Origin: a virus
Virus genome (UHGV): UHGV-0139594
Direction: 5' to 3' (one strand)
DNA length: 32,537 bases
Position numbers and translations under genes: made by a program. Below, piece after piece: positions 8,415 through 16,496 of the stretch; within the stretch, counting starts at the first letter, position 1; each line of letters starts with the position of its first letter. The notes beneath the pieces were generated by a model. That model made no database searches and was not told the DNA's origin. It worked only from the letters and a program-made list of their open reading frames with translations.

Positions 8415-9067
8415 TGAGTAATAAATATTGCCAGGCGCTGGTCGAACTGCGGAACAAACCAGCCCATGAACTGAAGGAAGTGGGCGATCAGTGGCGCACG
8501 CCGGATAACATTTTCTGGGGAATTAACACCCTGTTTGGCCCGTTTGTTCTGGATCTGTTCACTGACGGTGATAACGCCAAATGTGCCGCGTATTACACGG
8601 CGGAAGACAACGCGCTGGCGCATGACTGGTCAGAACGTCTTGCGGAGCTTAAAGGTGCTGCCTTTGGTAATCCCCCATACAGCCGCGCCAGTCAGCATGA
8701 GGGGCAATACATCACCGGCATGCGTTACATCATGAAGCATGCCAGTGCCATGCGTGATAAAGGCGGGCGCTATGTTTTCCTGATCAAAGCTGCCACCAGC
8801 GAAGTGTGGTGGCCGGAAGATGCAGATCATATTGCTTTTATTCGCGGGCGTATTGGTTTTGAACTGCCTGTCTGGTTTATCCCGAAAGACGAGAAGCAGG
8901 TACCGACAGGCGCTTTCTTCGCTGGTGCTATTGCTGTTTTCGACAAGACCTGGAAGGGACCGGCAATCAGCTACATCGGGCGCGATGAACTTGAGGCATG
9001 TGGTGAGGCCTTTCTGGCGCAGGTTCGCCAGCAGGCGGAAAAACTGGTCAGGGAGATGGCGGCATGA
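8414..9067 (+). CDS. Phage Dam-type N6-adenine DNA methyltransferase
   Basis: NPPY motif (GNPPYS); start ATG overlaps the upstream stop (TAATG). Confidence 0.75.
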   Translation: MSNKYCQALVELRNKPAHELKEVGDQWRTPDNIFWGINTLFGPFVLDLFTDGDNAKCAAYYTAEDNALAHDWSERLAELKGAAFGNPPYSRASQHEGQYITGMRYIMKHASAMRDKGGRYVFLIKAATSEVWWPEDADHIAFIRGRIGFELPVWFIPKDEKQVPTGAFFAGAIAVFDKTWKGPAISYIGRDELEACGEAFLAQVRQQAEKLVREMAA

Positions 9068-9390
9068 CGACGTTAACTCAATGCCAGCAGCAGGTGCTGG
9101 ATATGCTGATTTCTTACCAGAAAGAACGTGGCTTCCCGCCAACCAATCAGGAGGTGGCAACCATGCTGGGATACCGTTCGGTGAATGCAGCGGTGGAGCA
9201 TCTTCGCGCACTGGAGAAAAAAGGCGTCATCACGATAAAGCGTGGCGTGGCCCGGGGGATAACGCTTCATACCGCGGTGAAGGACGACGACAGTGAGGCG
9301 GTCGGGATTATCCGCGCACTGCTTGCCGGTGAGGAAAACGCCAGGCTGCGTGCAGCCCACTGGTTACATGAGAGGGGCCTGAAAGTATGA
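9064..9390 (+). CDS. Orphan LexA-like DNA-binding domain protein (no S24 peptidase domain)
   Basis: LTQCQQQVLDMLISYQKERGFPPTNQEVATMLGYRSVNAAVEHLRALEKKGVITIKRGVARGITL aligns closely with the LexA N-terminal wHTH ([65 protein letters not shown]). Protein is only 108 aa. Confidence 0.7.
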   Translation: MTTLTQCQQQVLDMLISYQKERGFPPTNQEVATMLGYRSVNAAVEHLRALEKKGVITIKRGVARGITLHTAVKDDDSEAVGIIRALLAGEENARLRAAHWLHERGLKV

Positions 9391-9776
9391 AGCTGATCTT
9401 GCCTTTCCCGCCCAGCGTGAACACGTATTGGCGACACCCCAACAAAGGGGCATTTGCAGGTAAGAGCCTGATAAGCGCGGCGGGGCGAAAATTTCAGAGC
9501 GCGGCGTGCGCAGCAATAGTTGAACAGTTACGTCGTCTGCCGAAACCAACGTCGGCACCTGCTTCAGTGGAGATCGTGTTGTTTCCTCCGGATAACAGGA
9601 TCCGCGATCTGGACAACTATAACAAGGCGCTGTTTGACGTTCTGACCCACGCGGGTGTGTGGGAAGACGACAGCCAGGTGAAAAGAATGCTGGTGGAGTG
9701 GGGACCGGTTATCCCGGGAGGGAAGGTCGAGATCACTATCAGTAAGTACGAGAAAACGGCGGGTGCAGCCGCCTGA
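9387..9776 (+). CDS. rusA: RusA-family Holliday junction resolvase
   Basis: LPFPPSVNTYWRH ... DLDNYNKALFDVLTHAGVWEDDSQV matches RusA motifs; typical Nin-region position. Confidence 0.85.
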   Translation: MKLILPFPPSVNTYWRHPNKGAFAGKSLISAAGRKFQSAACAAIVEQLRRLPKPTSAPASVEIVLFPPDNRIRDLDNYNKALFDVLTHAGVWEDDSQVKRMLVEWGPVIPGGKVEITISKYEKTAGAAA

Positions 9777-9795
9777 TTAAGAGGAGAAACGAAGT

Positions 9796-10605
9796 ATGAA
9801 TAATCTGATGGTCATTGATGGTATTGAAGTTCGTCGTGATGCTTATGGGCGTTACAGCCTGAACGATCTGCATCGCGCAGCAGTAGCATCTGGTGCAAAT
9901 GCCAGAACCAAGGAGCCAGGAAAGTTTCTTTCCAGCCAACAAACTGTTGAACTTGTTCATGAATTGACCAACACCCAGAATTTGGGTGTTGACCCGGTGA
10001 GTGTGATTCATGGGGGAAATGAACGGGGAACTTATGTCTGCAAGGAACTGGTGTATGCCTATACAATGTGGATCAGCCCGTCATTCCATCTGAAGGTGAT
10101 CCGTACTTTCGACATGGTAACCAGCGCACCGGAAAAATTATCCGGACAGGCTGCTGACAAGATGCAGGCTGGTGTGATTCTGCTGGACTTTATGCGCCGG
10201 GAATTAAACCTGTCTAACTCTTCAGTGCTTGGTGCCTGTCAGAAACTCCAGGAGGCTGTTGGCTTACCGAATCTGGCACCGCGCTATGCCATTGATGCTC
10301 CTGCTGACGCGCCTGATGGTTCAAGCCGCCCCACGCTGTCACTGAGTGCACTGCTGAAGCAGTATGGTATCCACCTGACAGCTAATCAGGCATATCACCA
10401 GATGGTGAAGCTGGGGATCGTCGAGCAGCGCGAACGATACAGCCGTACCGCGATTAACAACATCAAAAAATTCTGGTCGCTGACAGCGAAAGGCTGCATG
10501 TTCGGCAAGAACATCACCAGTCCCGCAAATCCGCGCGAGACGCAGCCGCATTTCTTCGAATCCCGATTCCCTGAGCTGTTAAAGCTGCTCGATACCGTTC
10601 ATTGA
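9796..10605 (+). CDS. KilA-N domain protein (antirepressor-like)
   Basis: N-terminal MVIDGIEVRRDAYGRYSLNDLHRAA is KilA-N-like. Confidence 0.7.
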   Translation: MNNLMVIDGIEVRRDAYGRYSLNDLHRAAVASGANARTKEPGKFLSSQQTVELVHELTNTQNLGVDPVSVIHGGNERGTYVCKELVYAYTMWISPSFHLKVIRTFDMVTSAPEKLSGQAADKMQAGVILLDFMRRELNLSNSSVLGACQKLQEAVGLPNLAPRYAIDAPADAPDGSSRPTLSLSALLKQYGIHLTANQAYHQMVKLGIVEQRERYSRTAINNIKKFWSLTAKGCMFGKNITSPANPRETQPHFFESRFPELLKLLDTVH

Positions 10606-10606
10606 G

Positions 10607-11602
10607 GTGACCGTGAGAGCACTACTGACCCCTGAAATTGCCCCGCGTATGGGGATCGTATTGTTCAGGCCAGGTTCAGAGCTGATGCCCCTGTTTATGC
10701 AGGGGCGTGTCCTGCTGGAGCCTGAGCCGGAACGTTATTCATCTTTCGCCAGTGGTGCCGTTCCCGCGGCATCACAACCGCTGGCGGATGATCCTGCTGT
10801 TCGGGCCGTGTTCCGCAATGAGGCAGTGATCCGTCGTGCTGGTGGCGTGGAATGTCTTGAAAGCTGGTTACTTCGTGAAAAAGGCTGCCAGTGGCCTCAT
10901 TCCGACTGGCACAGCGAGAACATGACCACAATGCGACACGCTCCTGGCGCAATCCGTCTGTGCTGGCACTGCGATAACCAGCTGCGTGATCAGTTCACGG
11001 AACGGCTGGAATCAATGGCAACGGATAACTGTGCCCGCTGGGTGTTGTCTGTCGTGCGTCGGGATCTCGGTTTTGATGACAGTCACGTTGTGACAATGCC
11101 GGAACTGTGCTGGTGGCTGGTTCGTAATGACCTGGCGGATGCCTTACCGGAAAGTGCAGCCTGTAAGGCACTGAGATTACCAAAGCCTGTTGTGCCGTCT
11201 GTCACCCGGGAAAGTGACCTTGTGCCTTCGGTTCCTGCCACCAGCATCATCCAGGATAAGGCGAAAAAGGTGCTGGCGCTGAAAGTGGATCCGGAGTCGC
11301 CGGAGTCTTTTATGTTACGCCCAAAACGTCGCCGCTGGGTTAATGAAAAGTACACGCGCTGGGTTAAGACACAGCCGTGTGCATGTTGTGGAAAGCCCGC
11401 TGATGATCCCCACCACCTGATAGGCCACGGTCAGGGGGGAATAGGTACAAAAGCGCATGACCTTTTTGTGTTGCCTTTGTGCAGAAAGCATCACGACGAG
11501 CTGCACGCGGATACCGTGGCATTTGAAGAGAAGTATGGCTTTCAACTGGAGCTGATGTTTCGTTTTATCGATCGTGCGCTGGCAACAGGCGTACTGGCGT
11601 AA
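10607..11602 (+). CDS. DUF968-family protein (YdfU-like)
   Basis: C-terminal CACCGKPADDPHHLIGHGQGGIGTKAHDLFVLPLCRKHHDELH Cys/His cluster typical of DUF968. Start codon uncertain (GTG). Confidence 0.65.
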   Translation: MTVRALLTPEIAPRMGIVLFRPGSELMPLFMQGRVLLEPEPERYSSFASGAVPAASQPLADDPAVRAVFRNEAVIRRAGGVECLESWLLREKGCQWPHSDWHSENMTTMRHAPGAIRLCWHCDNQLRDQFTERLESMATDNCARWVLSVVRRDLGFDDSHVVTMPELCWWLVRNDLADALPESAACKALRLPKPVVPSVTRESDLVPSVPATSIIQDKAKKVLALKVDPESPESFMLRPKRRRWVNEKYTRWVKTQPCACCGKPADDPHHLIGHGQGGIGTKAHDLFVLPLCRKHHDELHADTVAFEEKYGFQLELMFRFIDRALATGVLA

Positions 11603-11616
11603 GTGGAGAACTCTAA

Positions 11617-12195
11617 ATGATTAATCCTTCTGAAATTGGCAAAACGGGTGAAATGGTTCGTCTTCGTACTCTGGAAAGTATCTGGGTTCAGGGTAAGCTC
11701 CGCATGTGGGGACGCTGGTCTTATATCGGCGGTGGTAGTGGTGGGAACATGTTTAACCAGCTACTGGCATCTGGAAAAATTACCAAAACGGCAATTAAAG
11801 AAGCGCTACGCCGGATGAAAAAAGCGGGTATCAGCAAACCAGAGCTGGAAGCGTTTTTCAAAGAGATTCAGGAAGGGCAGAATAAAAGCGGTCTGGCGTT
11901 CTGTACCGATGAGGAAGCGCTGACCATCAACGCTGTACTCAGCGATGTCCTTGTGCAGTCAGGACATAAGAATTTATACGCTCTTATTGAAGATCGTTAT
12001 ATCAAACGCCTTAGCAAAAAGGCAATGGCAAGAGACCTAAATAAAAAGCATCCTGAATGGTGTTTGCGAACCTGTGAAAGCCGGATTGATGTTTGGCTAA
12101 ATGTAGCAGAATCGATGCTATACAAGCCAATGTGTGATGCATTTGGCACAAATGGCGACAGATTCCGCTTGAATAGTTGCGCGGAAAGTGCTTGA
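11617..12195 (+). CDS. Putative late-gene antiterminator (Q-like) by position
   Basis: Last gene before a strong intrinsic terminator and the lysis cassette; no confident family assignment. Confidence 0.45.
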   Translation: MINPSEIGKTGEMVRLRTLESIWVQGKLRMWGRWSYIGGGSGGNMFNQLLASGKITKTAIKEALRRMKKAGISKPELEAFFKEIQEGQNKSGLAFCTDEEALTINAVLSDVLVQSGHKNLYALIEDRYIKRLSKKAMARDLNKKHPEWCLRTCESRIDVWLNVAESMLYKPMCDAFGTNGDRFRLNSCAESA

Positions 12196-12244
12196 ATTAT
12201 GTTAAGCTCAGAGCGTTAAAGCGAACTGATGCAACAGAACAAAT

Positions 12245-12270
12245 AAAAACCCGCCATTGTGCGGGTTTTT
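12245..12270. terminator. Bidirectional rho-independent terminator
   Basis: AAAAACCCGCCATTGTGCGGGTTTTT: GC stem with 6-nt loop, A-tract upstream and T-tract downstream. Sits between convergent genes. Confidence 0.8.
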
Positions 12271-12276
12271 GCATAT

Positions 12277-12756
12277 CTAGAGCAGACCTATAGCGCCACC
12301 GGCAATAGCAGTAAGTAAAGGATGTTCTGCTAACTTTCTTAGCAGCCCCTTTGCTTCTTCTTTCTGCTGTGGCGTACCCTGAGAGCTATTTATTAAGTTA
12401 TTCAGCGTCTCGATGCTATTGGTAATCTCCTGACGGTTATGATCTCCAATCTGTACATTCCCTCCGTGAATGTTGATTTGCTGAGAAGAAATAGTTGGTT
12501 GTATCTTTTTGGGGCCAACCTTGAGTTGGAAGTGTGGGCCAAAACCGCCAATGCTAGTGTCGTAAAAATTAGCTTTATAAATTTCTTTATGTTCTTCCTT
12601 ACCGTTTGGAAGGAGTCGAACAACAGTATCCCCGTCATCGATGTCGGCCATTTGGTCGTTTACGATAATTGTATCACCTGCAAACTTGGCCTTATACGGG
12701 CCGCATCTGCTGCCATCACGTTTTAAGATGTAGGCATCGTCTTTAGCTGTAAACAT
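12277..12756 (-). CDS. Moron: hypothetical 159-aa protein between Q-like gene and holin
   Basis: Opposite-strand ORF in the Q-S intergenic hotspot, ending at the bidirectional terminator. C-terminal hydrophobic tail LLTAIAGGAIGLL. Confidence 0.6.
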   Translation of the reverse strand: MFTAKDDAYILKRDGSRCGPYKAKFAGDTIIVNDQMADIDDGDTVVRLLPNGKEEHKEIYKANFYDTSIGGFGPHFQLKVGPKKIQPTISSQQINIHGGNVQIGDHNRQEITNSIETLNNLINSSQGTPQQKEEAKGLLRKLAEHPLLTAIAGGAIGLL

Positions 12757-12868
12757 TTCTACTCCTGTGTAAAGTCATAGCCAGAAAACGCTGACGCTAA
12801 ACATTTACCGTTAAATGTCAGGGAAGTATGAGATATAGGTCAAAAAAGACAATTTAATGAAACATAAG

Positions 12869-12894
12869 GCCTCGCAATTAAGCGGGGCTTTTTT
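12869..12894 (+). terminator. Rho-independent terminator upstream of lysis genes (tR'-like position)
   Basis: GCCTCGC-AATTAA-GCGGGGC stem-loop followed by TTTTTT. Confidence 0.55.
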
Positions 12895-13008
12895 CATTTC
12901 AGGCTCACGGGAATCATCCGCTACGTGCTTTGGTGATAAATACAGCCCGAGAAACCTGATACACCTTTCATCATTAAGCGCCATCCGAACTATCGGAGGT
13001 GAGAGACC

Positions 13009-13350
13009 ATGAAAATGCATAACGATCCTCATTCCTGGCCTGACTTACTTGAATTGTTTCAGAGCTGGTGGCGTGGAGACACACCGCTGGGCGCAGTGAT
13101 TATGTCGATTGTTATGGCTGGCTTGCGCATTGCATATTTTGGCGGTGGTGGGGGCTGGAAACGAAAAACGCTCGAGATTTTGCTCTGTGGTGCTCTGACG
13201 CTGACTTTTGCATCCGCTCTTGAGTATGTCGGATGGCCTAAATCTCTTTCTGTTGCCATTGGTGGTGGCGTTGGGTTGATCGGTGTCGATGCTATTCGTG
13301 GGGCTGCAATGAGTGTAATCGGTAATAAGTTTGGTGGCTCTAAGGAGTAA
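13009..13350 (+). CDS. Holin with dual-start MKM motif (lambda S-like arrangement)
   Basis: GGAGG RBS; starts MKM (two possible starts as in S107/S105); transmembrane segments; immediately precedes the endolysin. Confidence 0.8.
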   Translation: MKMHNDPHSWPDLLELFQSWWRGDTPLGAVIMSIVMAGLRIAYFGGGGGWKRKTLEILLCGALTLTFASALEYVGWPKSLSVAIGGGVGLIGVDAIRGAAMSVIGNKFGGSKE

Positions 13351-13353
13351 TTT

Positions 13354-13830
13354 ATGCAGGTACTAAATTCCCAGCGTAAAGCTTTCCTTGATATGGTGGC
13401 TTGGTCAGAAGGAACGGATAACGGGCGACAACCGACACGTAATCACGGTTATGATGTTATTGTTGGCGGCGAACTGTTTACTGATTACTCTGATCACCCT
13501 CGCAAACTTGTCACGTTAAACCCCAAACTCAAATCAACAGCCGCCGGACGTTATCAGCTTCTTTCACGCTGGTGGGATGCTTACCGTAAACAGCTTGGTT
13601 TGAAAGACTTCTCCCCCAAAAGCCAGGACGCAGTGGCATTGCAGCAGATTAAAGAGCGTGGCGCTTTACCGATGATTGATCGCGGTGATATCCGTCAGGC
13701 TATCGATCGTTGCAGCAATATCTGGGCGTCGTTACCTGGTGCAGGTTACGGTCAGTATGAACATAAAATCGGTGACCTGATTTCCCGGTTTAAAGAGGCT
13801 GGTGGGGGGGTAAATGAAGTTGAGCTATAA
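13354..13830 (+). CDS. R: Endolysin, lambda R-like lytic transglycosylase
   Basis: 158 aa, near-identical over long stretches to my recollection of lambda R (QRKAFLDM.AWSEGTDNGRQ.TRNHGYDVIVGGELFTDYSDHPRKLVTLNPKLKST.AGRYQLLSRWWDAYRKQLGLKDFSPKSQDAVALQQIKERGALPMIDRGDIRQAIDRCSNIWASLPGAGYGQ). Confidence 0.92.
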   Translation: MQVLNSQRKAFLDMVAWSEGTDNGRQPTRNHGYDVIVGGELFTDYSDHPRKLVTLNPKLKSTAAGRYQLLSRWWDAYRKQLGLKDFSPKSQDAVALQQIKERGALPMIDRGDIRQAIDRCSNIWASLPGAGYGQYEHKIGDLISRFKEAGGGVNEVEL

Positions 13831-14206
13831 GCTGGTTATCGCTGCATTCTTCTTTACTGTCATCGGTTCTTTCATCTGGTCTGCCAACCACTACTACAGC
13901 AAATATCAGCACGAAAAGAAACGTGCTGATGAGGCTGTACAAAATGTTGAATCTGCAACAGCCATTACCCGTAACGTCCTGCAATCACTGCAAATCGTCA
14001 ATACAGTTATAGAGGTTAACCAGCATGCAAAACAGCAGATCGCACTGGAGTCACAGAGAACCCAGGAAGATATCAAAGTGGCTGTTGCGGATGATGATTG
14101 TGCTTCACGTCCTGTGCCTGCTGCCGCTGCTGACCGGTTGCGGAAATTCGCGAACGGTTTACGTGAGCGCTCCGGTGGCACCACTGCCAGCCAGCCTGAC
14201 TTCTGA
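13814..14206 (+). CDS. Rz: Rz-like i-spanin
   Basis: N-terminal transmembrane helix (LVIAAFFFTVIGSFIW), coiled-coil body, position after endolysin. Confidence 0.7.
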   Translation: MKLSYKLVIAAFFFTVIGSFIWSANHYYSKYQHEKKRADEAVQNVESATAITRNVLQSLQIVNTVIEVNQHAKQQIALESQRTQEDIKVAVADDDCASRPVPAAAADRLRKFANGLRERSGGTTASQPDF

Positions 14207-14348
14207 TACTCCTGTACCGTTTATACCCAATCCGCTGACGTATGGTGCCAGCCTGGAGCTGAATGTGAGTCTGTTGTCTGCACTGGCTAACTGCAATCGG
14301 GATAAAGCTGATATTCGTAAAATAGATGCAGAGAGAACTAACCATTAA
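14091..14348 (+). CDS. Rz1: Rz1-like o-spanin lipoprotein, overlapping Rz in +1 frame
   Basis: Signal peptide with lipobox MMIVLHVLCLLPLLTGC; Pro-rich mature part; begins inside Rz and extends past its stop. Confidence 0.65.
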   Translation: MMIVLHVLCLLPLLTGCGNSRTVYVSAPVAPLPASLTSDTPVPFIPNPLTYGASLELNVSLLSALANCNRDKADIRKIDAERTNH

Positions 14349-14369
14349 GCAATAAAATTGTCAAATTGA

Positions 14370-14996
14370 TCAGTTGTCAAATGAATATACGTTAAAGGTA
14401 TATGTCGACATAATTTCACCAAGTACCTCAATACATATACTTTTTTTATGAAAATTACTGGGAAATGAACTTAGCTCTTCAAGGTATTGCACATAAGTGC
14501 TGATATCACTTGCATCACGTTCAAGGAATTTCACTTGGCCAAAAGAAGGAGTATTAATCCTGGTTCTTTGCTGGATTATATGGATAAAATGTGTAGTTGG
14601 TGAAACTATTACTCTTGAAATATCGGAAATGATGTCTTCTTGAACTTGCCGATAAAGTAAATCCTTTGGGTAATGGTGTTTTATCTCGATGGTTGCAACA
14701 TTGCCATTATGTTCAGACGTTAATATCGACTGGTTATAAAGTGATATGTCAACAGCGCCGATACCGAGTTTTGGATGCTCACTTAAAGCAGTTAGTGTGC
14801 TGATTTGATTGAGTATAACAACTAACTCATCACGTATTTGTGTTTCATGTTTGCGATTGTAGAAGTAGCCATTCAGTTCATTTAACTTTTTATGCATCCT
14901 ATCGTGACTAATTGCTTCGATCAGTAAATCCTGAATCATACTTTTCTCTAGGTAATCCGAACGGTTGTAAGTGACAGTATTGTGCTGGCATGTCAT
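14370..14996 (-). CDS. Moron cassette gene B: hypothetical 208-aa protein with a possible PD-(D/E)xK-like motif
   Basis: AT-rich ORF on the opposite strand in the bor position. Segment GIGAVDISLY ... VATIEIKHH loosely fits D...(D/E)xK spacing; speculative. Confidence 0.55.
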   Translation of the reverse strand: MTCQHNTVTYNRSDYLEKSMIQDLLIEAISHDRMHKKLNELNGYFYNRKHETQIRDELVVILNQISTLTALSEHPKLGIGAVDISLYNQSILTSEHNGNVATIEIKHHYPKDLLYRQVQEDIISDISRVIVSPTTHFIHIIQQRTRINTPSFGQVKFLERDASDISTYVQYLEELSSFPSNFHKKSICIEVLGEIMSTYTFNVYSFDN

Positions 14997-15039
14997 TAAT
15001 ATGTAAAGGTATTGTGAATGCCAGAAAGATAACGAAGTA

Positions 15040-15375
15040 TCATCGATAGAAAAACTTTACAGCCCACTCGTAAACAGCTTTGTAAATCGGTTCATGGTAA
15101 ATACTATCGATACTATTCAGATGTGCGATCATCGCCTCCACAGTTGTAGTGGTTGTTTCTAATATTTCGATTATTGCAGGGCGGTCATCATCTTCATCGA
15201 AGTATTCGAACAGCAGTACAGGTTTACCATGCCATTCAGCATCAGAGACTCTAAGGTTACAACTACCGCTCAACTCAAAGTGAATTTTGTAATTACCTTC
15301 TACAGAATGGCCTACGGGGAAAAAGTATAGGGTGTCATCTTTGTTCAAAAGCCATTCCCATTCATAACTATTCAT
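15040..15375 (-). CDS. Moron cassette gene A: hypothetical acidic 111-aa protein
   Basis: AT-rich ORF upstream of gene B on the same strand, 43-bp gap. AGGAG RBS before the second ATG (MNSYEWEWLL). Confidence 0.55.
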   Translation of the reverse strand: MNSYEWEWLLNKDDTLYFFPVGHSVEGNYKIHFELSGSCNLRVSDAEWHGKPVLLFEYFDEDDDRPAIIEILETTTTTVEAMIAHLNSIDSIYHEPIYKAVYEWAVKFFYR

Positions 15376-15525
15376 TTGTGAACTCCTGTTCATTGAGTTT
15401 CAACAACTATCAACTACATCCAGCGAAGCATAAAAGATCGTTTATGGCAAAACCGGAATGGAGTGCGATTCGATTCTGAGAAGGATGCCACGTATCGTAC
15501 GCGAACCATCCAAGAGGATTATGCA

Positions 15526-15876
15526 ATGCCCCTACGAACCCCAAAAGCCTGCCGTGTTCGCGGCTGCCGCCATACCACTACTGACCCGTCAGGCTACTGC
15601 GAAAGCCACAAAAGCGAAGGCTGGAAGCAATACAAACCTGGACAATCCCGTCATCAGCGCGGCTACGGTTCGAAGTGGGACAGTATCCGCGCGCGTGTTC
15701 TGAAGCGTGACAAAGGTCTGTGTCAGTTATGTCTGCGTGCTGGTGTGGTGCGTGAGGCGAAAACTGTTGACCACATCATCCCTAAAGCGCATGGCGGCAC
15801 TGATGCTGACAGTAATCTGCAGAGTCTGTGCTGGCCGTGTCATAAGGCGAAGACGGCCCGTGAACGGTTAAAGTGA
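15526..15876 (+). CDS. HNH endonuclease (terminase-associated)
   Basis: CxxC ... DHIIPKAHGGTDADSNLQSLCWPCH HNH motif; directly upstream of the small terminase as in HK97-like cos phages. Confidence 0.8.
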   Translation: MPLRTPKACRVRGCRHTTTDPSGYCESHKSEGWKQYKPGQSRHQRGYGSKWDSIRARVLKRDKGLCQLCLRAGVVREAKTVDHIIPKAHGGTDADSNLQSLCWPCHKAKTARERLK

Positions 15877-15885
15877 TAATAATTC

Positions 15886-15962
15886 TCAACTGTCTGAGGG
15901 GAGGGGCGGGTCAAATCCCTGCAGCCTGACGTCTTCCGGACTGCCCGCCCCATCGTTTTTTT
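15886..15962. other. GC-rich inverted repeat plus T-tract between HNH and terS; terminator and/or cos-region candidate
   Basis: GGGGCGGG (about 15903..15910) pairs with CCCGCCCC (about 15944..15951), followed by TTTTTTT. Confidence 0.3.
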
Positions 15963-16001
15963 ATACCCGCGAAAAATGAAATTTAACCAGGAGTGCCGCA
16001 T

Positions 16002-16496
16002 ATGGCTGGAACGGCGGGGCGTTCCGGGCGTCGCCCCAAGCCAACGGCGCGCAAGGCGCTGGCCGGAAACCCCGGCAAGCGAGCCCTGAACAAAGATGAA
16101 CCTGTTTTTACGCCCATCAAAGGTGTTGAGCCACCGGAGTGGTTCGCAGAAGAAAATCTCCCTCTCGCCACGATCATGTGGCAACTGACAACCAAAGAAC
16201 TCTGCGGTCAGGGCCTGCTGTGCGTGACTGACCTCGCGGTGCTTGAGCGGTGGTGCGTAGCCTATGAGTTCTGGCGACGTGCCGTGAAAAATATTGCCAG
16301 CCAGGGCAACACCATCACCGGTGCAATGGGCGGTATGGTCAAAAATCCGGAGCTGACCGCCAAGAAAGAACAGGAGTCCGAGATGAGCAGCACGGGGGCA
16401 ATGCTCGGACTCGACCCCAGCAGCCGCCAGCGTCTGATTGGCCTGGCGGGGCAGAAGAAAGCCACTAACCCGTTTCTGAAAATTATCGAATCATGA
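16002..16496 (+). CDS. Terminase small subunit (P27-family-like)
   Basis: AGGAG RBS before ATG 16002; basic N-terminus [14 protein letters not shown] typical of P27-type TerS; precedes the large terminase. Confidence 0.75.
   Translation: MAGTAGRSGRRPKPTARKALAGNPGKRALNKDEPVFTPIKGVEPPEWFAEENLPLATIMWQLTTKELCGQGLLCVTDLAVLERWCVAYEFWRRAVKNIASQGNTITGAMGGMVKNPELTAKKEQESEMSSTGAMLGLDPSSRQRLIGLAGQKKATNPFLKIIES

Noticed and set aside
8630-9211. 193-aa minus-strand ORF antisense to the Dam-type methylase
   Set aside because: Fully embedded antisense to a gene with a clear NPPY motif; Pro/Ser-rich junk-like translation.
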